Shown here: positions 1 to 7,952 of the stretch, piece after piece
Numbering within the stretch: the first letter of the stretch is position 1
Layout: each line of letters starts with the position of its first letter
Source: Vermamoeba vermiformis
Taxonomy: Eukaryota
Direction: 5' to 3'
NCBI GenBank assembly: GCA_045837725.1
Contig: JBEWZL010000180.1
Coordinates: forward strand, 1-32,418
DNA length: 32,418 nucleotides
Made by a program: the position numbers and the translations under genes
Notes under the pieces: model-generated
Told to the model about the DNA's origin: nothing
Database searches by the model: none
The model's input: only the letters and a program-made list of their open reading frames with translations

Positions 1-247
1 CAACCCTAACCCTAACCTTAACCCTAACCCTAACCCTAACCCTAACCCTAACCCTAACCCTAACCCTAACCCTAACCCTAACCCTAACCCTAACCCTAAC
101 CCTAACCCTAACCCTAACCCTAACCCTAACCCTAACCCTAACCCTAACCCTAACCCTAACCCTAACCCTAACCCTAACCCTAACCCTAACCCTAACCCTA
201 ACCCTAACCCTAACCCTAACCCTAACCCTAACCCTAACCCTAACCCT
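1..247. repeat. Telomeric repeat array (CCCTAA)n / (TTAGGG)n, left chromosome end
   Basis: About 41 tandem hexamers from base 1, C-rich strand 5'-terminal as expected for a chromosome end. One CCTTAA variant at 16-21. Abrupt switch to unique sequence at 248. Confidence 0.98.
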
Positions 248-570
248 GTTTCTGCCGACAATACCATCAGCATCCAAACCACGAGATCTTTGGAAGTTCT
301 AAATAACGCCCGTTAGCCAAAGAATAAATTTGAATATTCAATCCCAAAAAGAGATCTTGCGAAATAAAATCAAATCAGATTCTAATGCTTACTCTGACAG
401 CGCCGTCAGTTCCAGGACCAAATTGACCGTCAACAGAGATACCAGCTCCAAACTTGGTGCGGAGGAGATATTGCAAGGCACGAACTGCGTCGCCATTAGC
501 CCCTGTTCTAAGCACAGGACCAAGAGCGGCGATGGTATTAGGGCTGAGCTGGTTAGAAGCTTTGGCCAAT
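248..570 (-). pseudogene. Truncated fragment encoding a PG_binding_1-type peptidoglycan-binding domain, cut by the telomere
   Basis: Minus exon ~570-393 (VLRTGANGDAVRALQYLLRTKFGAGISVDGQFGPGTDGAVR), phase-0 intron 392-299 (GTAAGC...CTAAC...TTTAG), then exon 298-248 (NFQRSRGLDADGIVGRN). Matches the PGBD pattern LxxGxxGxxVxxLQxxL...DGxFGxxTxxAVxxFQxxxGLxxDGIVG. No credible start codon and no stop. Confidence 0.85.
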
Positions 571-593
571 TTTCTTATCGGATCTTTCTTTAG

Positions 594-781
594 GTAACTT
601 GGCCGCAAGACCTGGTTACAGTAACCATCAAAACGGTATTGCTCTCGATCTCAACGTCGGTGGTGGTGTCTACGCTTGGTTGTCCGCTAATGCTCACAGA
701 TTCGGCTTTGTTCGCACCGTGCCCTCTGAGAACTGGCATTGGGAGTACCGTCCTGGATCCCCTCGTGCCTCTTTCACTTAA
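594..781 (+). pseudogene. Orphan terminal exon of a VanY-like / M15B Zn peptidase (peptidoglycan DD-carboxypeptidase/endopeptidase)
   Basis: 3' splice site TTTCTTTAG ends at 593. The exon reads NLAARPGYSNHQNGIALDL...WLSANAHRFGFVRTVPSENWHWEY, with the SxHxxGxAxD and ExxH motifs of M15B. TAA at 779-781 and AATAAA at 821-826. No upstream exons in the + orientation. Confidence 0.85.
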
Positions 782-982
782 GTCGATGATGGAGCTACTT
801 GTCTCTGATCTATATGTACGAATAAATGATGTTTTGTAGTTTATTCAAACCTGACTTTCTCCCGTTGTCTCCTGACTGCCGAATTGTAGATATTGATGGG
901 AGAAATGTGTATGGTGTATGGCCATTAGACCAGAGATTTTTTTCGTGTGAATAGTGATTTTAGTTTTGAATAACCAATAGAT

Positions 983-3923
983 TTACATTGCGCCGTAAGC
1001 AGGACCACCACCGCCTTCAGGGGTAGTGTAATCAATCAACTGACTGGGTTCTTTAATGTCGCACGTCTTGCAATGCAAACAGTTCTGTGCATTGATCTGC
1101 AAACGAGGCTTGTCACCGGTCTCAACCCACTCGTACACGCCAGCTGGGCAGTATCGTGTTTCAGGTCGCTAGAATATTCCATTAATAACGCTCACAGCTA
1201 AATAATAACAGTGTAGTACGTACATCATAAACGTTCAAATTCTTCTGAGTAAATTTCTCCAGTTCTCGGACCTTCAAGTGAGCAGGTTGATCTTCATTGT
1301 GATTGGTTCCTGTGCACTATATTAATACCATATCTTTCTAATGTCACCACAGTGCAGTTACGTACCACTGCGTGAAAGATTGGTCAACAGATCGAAGCTG
1401 ATCTTGCCGTCAGGTTTGGGATATTCAATGGGCTTGCATTCCTTAGCAGGCTTCAATCGCTCGTAGTCTTCGTGTTTGTGATGCAAGGTCCACGGTTCTC
1501 GACCGCGCATGATCATGTCTGCGCCAGAGTAGATCATGCCCGGAATAGTTCCGAGTTGGAATGCAGGGCGAATGTTACGCACTGTCAACATATCGTGGTT
1601 AGGCGTGTTGTAATATAATAGTAAGGTGTATTAATATACCTTTGTAAAGGTCGTCCCACAGCCATGATCGCTTCAACATTTCAGGATATTTGCTCAGATA
1701 CAATGGCTTGGACTTGTCAGCCTCACCAGCCTCCTTCAACGCGTTAAAAATGGCCTCAGCAGCGACCATGCCTAAATTAGGAAGGTAAGATCGATCGTAC
1801 TCGACACCGCGAATAATTTCATACCTGATTTCATGGCGTTGTGCGAGCCTTTGATCTTGGGCACGTTCAAAAATCCAGCGGCACAACCGACGAGTGCAGC
1901 ACCAGGGGCAATGAGCTTGGGAATCGATTGGTAGCCTCCTTCGTTAATTGCGCGAGCTCCGTACGAGATGCACTTGCCACCTTCGAGCAAGTTTGAAATC
2001 AACGGATGGTGCTTCCATTGCTAATAAAAACAAAAAAGCTTATCAGTAAAGCAGATTACTTTAATAAGCTAAATACACCTATTATTTAATTTTGTGCGAG
2101 ATATTTAGCACAGTTAATCGGATTAAGAACGGACACTTGGTATTTTTTCAAAAATATTATCGTGCAAAAATTGACCTGGAATGACTTACTTGGAATTCCT
2201 TATAAGGACTCAAATACGGGTTTTCATAGTCCAAACCAACGACGTAACCGATCGACAACAAATTGTTCTCCCAGTGATACAAGAACGCACCACCCCATGT
2301 CTTCATGTCGACTGGCCAGCCCAATGTGTGCATCACAGTACCTTGGTTGTGCTTCTCTGGATTAATTTCCCACACCTAGAATGGAAATCGGTCATTATAT
2401 TTCCTTTTATGGTATGCTGGAAAATATGAATTGAAATCAGATCTTTTCGACAACTTTTATCTGTATACCTAATAGGATCTATATGATAGTATGTATATGT
2501 AACTTACTTCTTTCAAACCGATGCCATAGGTTTGTGGATCTGCTCCTTCGCGCAAATTGAATTTTTGGATCAACTTCTTGGACAACGAGCCTATTAACAA
2601 GTCAACACTAATCTATATTAATACTGATATTAATGTACCTCTAGTGCCTTCAGCGAGCAATGTGATTGGTGCGTGAAGTTCTAGACCGCGTTGGAAGTTC
2701 TCGGTCGGTTTGCCGTCCTTGCCAATGCCCATGTCACCCGTAGCAACACCTTTAATCGAGCCATCTTCGTTGTACACGAACTACACGAGCAATAATAAAG
2801 TTAATAAAAATAAAATTGATAAAATAACTGCGTAGGGAATTGCGCACCTCAGAACCAGGGAAACCGGAATAAATTTCAACACCCATTTCAGTAGCTTGTT
2901 CTGCTAACCATCGGCAAAGATTGCCCAGACTATGCGATAGATTGATTAGCAATATTTCCTTTTATGGTAATTTCTATTGACGTACCTGATGATGTAATTG
3001 CCGTGGTTGGACATGTGAGGCGGTGTTGGGCAACGAAGAGCCATCTTCTTGGTCAAGAAATAGACCTTGTCATTTGTGACTGGTACGTTTAATGGAGCCT
3101 ATGATATATTAATATTAATCGGACTAATCACCGCTAAGCGAAACTCGAATTATTTGGATCCGTTACAAAAACGAATTTAAATTTCAGAATAATATTTCGA
3201 GCTTATATTCTATGTACTTACGCCACGGTCCTTCCAATCAGGGAATAATTCGTTCAAAGCGCGAGGTTCGAGTACTGCACCGGACAAGATGTGGTTTCCG
3301 ACTTCAGCACCCTTCTCCAACAAACAGACGCGCAAGTCCTTGCCGTGGTCTTTGCCTAATTGTTTCAATCGAATTGCGGCTGAAAGGCCTGCTGGACCAC
3401 CGCCTAATAAAAAGATTATCTGTTAGTGGATCTGGAAATCAAACGTTTTTCTGGAGAAATTTACGGCAGATCCATGGTGTTGTTAAGTAAATGGATCCGA
3501 TAAAGTATTAAGTTGAGGCATATTAAGGATAATATTTAAATAATAGTATTAGTTGCGAATGTAATAGACGCGGGAAACGGACATTGCAAAAAGAAAAATA
3601 ATTGCAAAAAGATTTTCAATTATTTAAAGGCCTTACACTACAAGCATACAAAAATATAACATGACTCTTATTAAATTAAATTTTAGAGAATTTTTGAAGT
3701 CCAATATTTTTGTTAACTCACCAACAATGACTACATCCGCATTATCAGTGTCTCTAGGCGCATTTAATATTGCCTTTTCTTCTTCAGTGAGGTTGCTGGT
3801 CTGTGAAGCTTGACGACGTGCAGTAAGCGAGAAAGATCTGCTTGACGCGCCTGTCCACAGAATAGGGCCGAATCTGGATCTCTTCGAGACTAATCTCGTA
3901 GCGCACTTAATTGATTGTAACAT
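983..3923 (-). CDS. ETFDH: Electron transfer flavoprotein-ubiquinone oxidoreductase, mitochondrial (multi-exon)
   Basis: ATG 3923 with Arg/Ser-rich transit peptide; [17 protein letters not shown] motif across intron 1; [27 protein letters not shown]; 4Fe-4S ligands RYCPAGVYE and [10 protein letters not shown]-terminus [15 protein letters not shown] 983-985. Confidence 0.96.
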
Positions 3924-4140
3924 ATTATATATTGCGCTAGTTGTGGCGTTGAAGTTCGTTAAAAAAAAATTAATGAACGAAGAGACAAAAGATCGTTTTG
4001 ACAAAGTCGCACCAGGTCGCATTACTCTTTCATTGTTCTTTAATAATAATAATAGAACCAATTTATAGACAATTTATTACATGAATGTAACAATTAGATA
4101 CCGCCAAAGGCTATTTCGACAGAGATCGTGATCGGTTACT

Positions 4141-4737
4141 TTACAATTTAGCCTTAGGAGCCTTCCACTCGCGCCATTTGGGCACCAATTTGTCTAATTG
4201 CTTAATATAAGCCTTCATAGCGTCTTCTTTGCTCATGTTACCCAACTTGTTCCATACATCCCTAACAAAATTGCGTAAACAAATAATTTTCGTCGATTAT
4301 GCATAATAATACGTGATTAATATGTTAATAAATCTCGTGCTACATATCCAAACTGTAACATGGATCCGCTATGGAAAATAACGCACATTTGATTAGATCA
4401 AAGGTATTTTGAAACACAAATCAATAATAAATAATTCTAAAATGTCAATAATACTATGCATAATATATTATTAATTACCACTTGGCTCTAGCGATCATAT
4501 TCAATCGGCTAGGTTGTTTTTCGTTGACTTTGCCAGTTGTTCCTTGCTTGAAATAAGCATAGAAGTTCAATTTCATATCATTGGTAATATTGTCAATTGG
4601 GGGGCCTATAATAAATTATTATTATACGATTAGCCAAGGTCTGCGACAAGATCCCACAGTAGATCTTGTCATCTTAACGTTTTGCGCGTACCTTCTTTGA
4701 CGTAATTAACGGCGTTTTCAAATTCTTCTTTAGACAT
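4141..4737 (-). CDS. ACBP: Acyl-CoA-binding protein (small ACBP) with C-terminal PTS1 (-AKL)
   Basis: Not in the ORF track. Exons 4737-4692, 4605-4479 and 4261-4141 splice to MSKEEFENAVNYVKEGPPIDNITNDMKLNFYAYFKQGTTGKVNEKQPSRLNMIARAKWDVWNKLGNMSKEDAMKAYIKQLDKLVPKWREWKAPKAKL. ACBP motifs YxxFKQ, KWDxW and AMxxYI are present. Confidence 0.92.
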
Positions 4738-4825
4738 TATTGTATTTCGTGGACTAAATGCAACAAAAGCAAGAGAATCGCAAACAAATTTTTATTATTT
4801 TGTTCTGTTTGAAGCTTTACCGACT

Positions 4826-6553
4826 TTATTGGTGATGAGCGCACTTAGGTACACGATCGTGTATGTACTTTCGAATTTTTGAAAAGGAATTAGCAAGCCT
4901 ACAAATGTTCTTTTCGTCCCACGGACATCCGTTTTCGTGCGCGTAATTCAAGCACTCAAACTGTCCCATAAGTGTTGCTACAGCACACACTGCTTTGTCC
5001 CATTCAGCTCCGTTCTCGTGTGCATATTTAAGGCACTCAATATTTCCACGTTTAGCAGCTTTGTAACAACTATTCTGCCAAGGACATCCTCGTTCATGCA
5101 CGTATTTTAAGCAGTCCACATTACCGCTTTTTACAGCCAATGGGCACAAGTGTTTAGCATTCCAAGGACAACCATTATCATACGCGTACTTAAGGCAATC
5201 AATGTGCCCGTACTTAACTGCTGAAAAAGTCGTGCCAGTATCCCACGGAGCTCCATTTTCATGAGCATATTTCAGTACTTCTAAGTGACCACCTATTGCT
5301 GCAAATGTGCACGCTTCACCCCAGCCACAACCATTTTCATGTGCGTACTTCAAACACGTGAGCTGGTTCTTTTTTGCAGCGTAAGTGCACACATCTGAAG
5401 ACCATGCACAACCATTGGTATGCGCGTAGATCAAGCAGTCCAAGTGGCCATTTTCTGCTGCCATTGTGCACGTAGAATTGTTCCATTCGCAGCCGCGTTC
5501 ATGCACGTACTTGAGCAATTCCAAATTGCCTTGAGCAGCAAGTCCAGCGGTCGTGTCGGCATCCCATGGACAGCCATTCTGTTGTGCATAAAACAAACAC
5601 TCGTAATGTCCATTTTTCGCCGCTTCAGCGCACGTAAGAGCGTCCCAAGTACAGCCGTTTTCGTGAGCGTACTTGAGACACTCAAGTTGCCCTTGAGAAG
5701 CAGCTTTTGCGCACGTTTGAGCTGTCCATTGAGATCCAGGCTGTTCATGAATGTATTTCAAGCACAAGAGGTGCCCACCTTCGGCAGCGTACGAACAACA
5801 AAAAGCTGAACTCCATTCCGCTCCGTGTTCGTGTGCGTACTTTAAACAGTCCAAGTTACCTCTTTTTGTTGCTGCGCCACATACATCTCTGATCTTTTCC
5901 CACTTGCAGTCATTCTCGTGTGCGTATTTGAGGCAGGAAAGGTGCCCGTTCTCGGCTGCGTATAGTAATGTAAACGGATCCCATTTTGCCCCATTTTCAC
6001 GCGCAAATTTCAAGCATTCTAACTGCCCATTCATGCTTGCTATGCCAGTTACATATGAATTAACGGGTTGTTTTTTGTCGTGTGAGTAAGTGAGGCAGTT
6101 CATAAATCCGTTCCATGCAAAGTACGCGTGAAAGTTGTAGCGCGAGACTTTGTGTCCGACCAGTCCAAGCGACTGCTTAATTTTGTGGCAGCACGCGTGA
6201 AGCTGTTTTGAAACTGATGAAGGGAAAGCTAGTTTGACAAACTGCAGATCAAACACTTCGACGTAAGCGTTAGGAAGATCCTCAGTTTTGATAAGCTGTT
6301 GCAAAATAACGCCCCAAACGTCCGTTGGTAGTGAAATTGGATCTATCTATATTAAGCGTTATTAAAGGTCTTGGTAAAAGTTCAATTTTAGTTATTTCAA
6401 AAAAATTCAATTATTAATTTATCGCTCTACACGTGTAATTATGATATTTGTGGTTCGCTTATATTGTTAGAAAGCAATATTACAATTAAATTTCGTGTCT
6501 CTTTCCAAAATTCTTACCTGCGTCTGCATCCTATTGTCTGATACTAGTTCCAT
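4826..6553 (-). CDS. F-box-like + Cys/Trp-rich ankyrin-type repeat protein
   Basis: Short first exon 6553-6518 (GTAAG donor) joined in frame to one long exon 6346-4826. N-terminal SLPTDVWGVILQQL is F-box-like, followed by about 16 repeats of ~25 aa (CxxAAxxGxLxCLKYAHENGCxW). The start codon is tentative. Confidence 0.82.
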
Positions 6554-6692
6554 TAACCTAATAATAATAAGAAAATATTGTTGTTACACAAAGCCAATAA
6601 TTGAATGGCTCGTTCAGTGTGTTGTTTGCATTTGATCTGTCTGCATTTTTAAAAACAACCGGCGAGGAACACCAACACCATCGACACTCACC

Positions 6693-7591
6693 ATGGCCAA
6701 AACATTAGATAAATTAAGCGCTGGCAATAATTTGACAAAGGAAGATTGCGCTCTATTCGTGCAGCAGGTAAAGTCAGAAATATCTTGCAGATCGAGCACC
6801 ACCAAATGAATCGGATTATTTGATTATTAATTTAAATATTATACTAACAATAATTTATTGACTGTGTTAGGCAAGAGAATTGGCAGGTACTACGGGGATA
6901 GAAATTTTTATTTTGCTGACTAGACGAGGTAATGTCAAGACATATTCGACAGAAGGGTACGGCCATCAATATTCTATTATTATTTTACTATTTTTTTTAG
7001 TTACGAAATTATTAATAAACGCAAAACTTTACAGATTCTCGCCGCTGATTGACGAGGGTCCTGGGCGAATGCTGATTGTCAAAGTATTGCGTGAAAATTA
7101 TAGACCTAAGCAAGGTAATGCACATTGATCGTAGTTTTAATTTGAAACACGCTTTAATGCGCACTTTTGTATCGTAGCACCTGAAGAAGCAGAAGAAAAC
7201 ACTACCGAAGATAATTTAGAAGAGAATTTTACCTTGATTGAAGACCACAAAGTCAGGCATGAAACATTTACTGCTACATTCAATGCTTTGCGCGAAGCTG
7301 TACGTATTTTTGGATTCCGGGAGTAGATCAGTACACTCGCTAACTTCTATTGCAGCTGATATCTAAAACTAGACCAAGTAATACATTTGGCGAAGAAGGT
7401 CTACTCATAGTTGCAACACCGTCTCATAAAGTATTGACCTGGTCGAGTCCTGGATTCGATCACTTAACCAAGACAGCGGTAAGTCCCGGGATTTTTTGCG
7501 CAGTACAAAATATAACTATCGTTCGTAGGATGGTCAAAAGATCTTATCGTCGTTGCTCAGTCAAAATTTCAGCGACGAAAATGCGAAATAA
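6693..7591 (+). CDS. 182-aa protein with two tandem degenerate SRF-type MADS-box/SAM-subdomain units
   Basis: Six exons (6693-6767, 6871-6956, 7035-7114, 7178-7299, 7356-7478, 7529-7591), all GT-AG and phase-consistent, 549 nt ending in TAA. Unit 1 is ARELAGTTGIEIFILLTRRGNVKTYSTEGFSPLIDEGPGRMLIVKVL. Unit 2 is IEDHKVRHETF...GEEGLLIVATPSHKVLTWSSPGFDHLTKTADGQKILSSLL. Both align by eye to the SRF core. The gene model is firmer than the domain call. Confidence 0.72.
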
Positions 7592-7952
7592 AGTTCTGCT
7601 TCTCGAAGAAACTGCGTGCCCATTTAATCAACCAAAGTACTTTGGCACCGTGTATTAACAAATGTTTTCGGTTCGTTTTTGCTCGGAACTCTCCGAGTTC
7701 TGCTGCAAGCGTGCTAAGGTGTGCGAGTTGAAACTAACGAGATCTCAAGTTCGAATCACACCGTTAATCCAATAGCGATACCCTTAGTTAGTTATCGGGA
7801 TATCCGAACGCTTTCCGTATGTAATGTGCGGGTCTATGCGTTCCGGTCCGAAAAAACGGCAATTTTTCTGGCGATGGCCCTAAAAATTCACAGCTTGCAT
7901 TTTGCGATTGTTTTTTTGTTTGCCCAAGAGACACCCACCACTCACCAATACA

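Noticed and set aside
16-21. CCTTAA variant telomere unit
   Set aside because: A single variant near the contig tip, as likely a consensus error as a telomerase misincorporation.
983-4737. ETFDH next to ACBP as a fatty-acid oxidation gene cluster
   Set aside because: Only two genes, predicted in different organelles (mitochondrion versus peroxisome); adjacency is unremarkable in a gene-dense genome.
5420-6089. Overlapping antisense/alternative-frame ORFs over the ankyrin gene (also 9418-10056 over CBS and others in the track)
   Set aside because: Shadow ORFs caused by codon bias and repeats on the real coding strand; no recognisable motifs.
4826-6100. Periodic ~75-nt repeats superficially like a CRISPR array or satellite
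   Set aside because: The units diverge at synonymous positions and encode protein repeats; there is no constant repeat/unique spacer structure.
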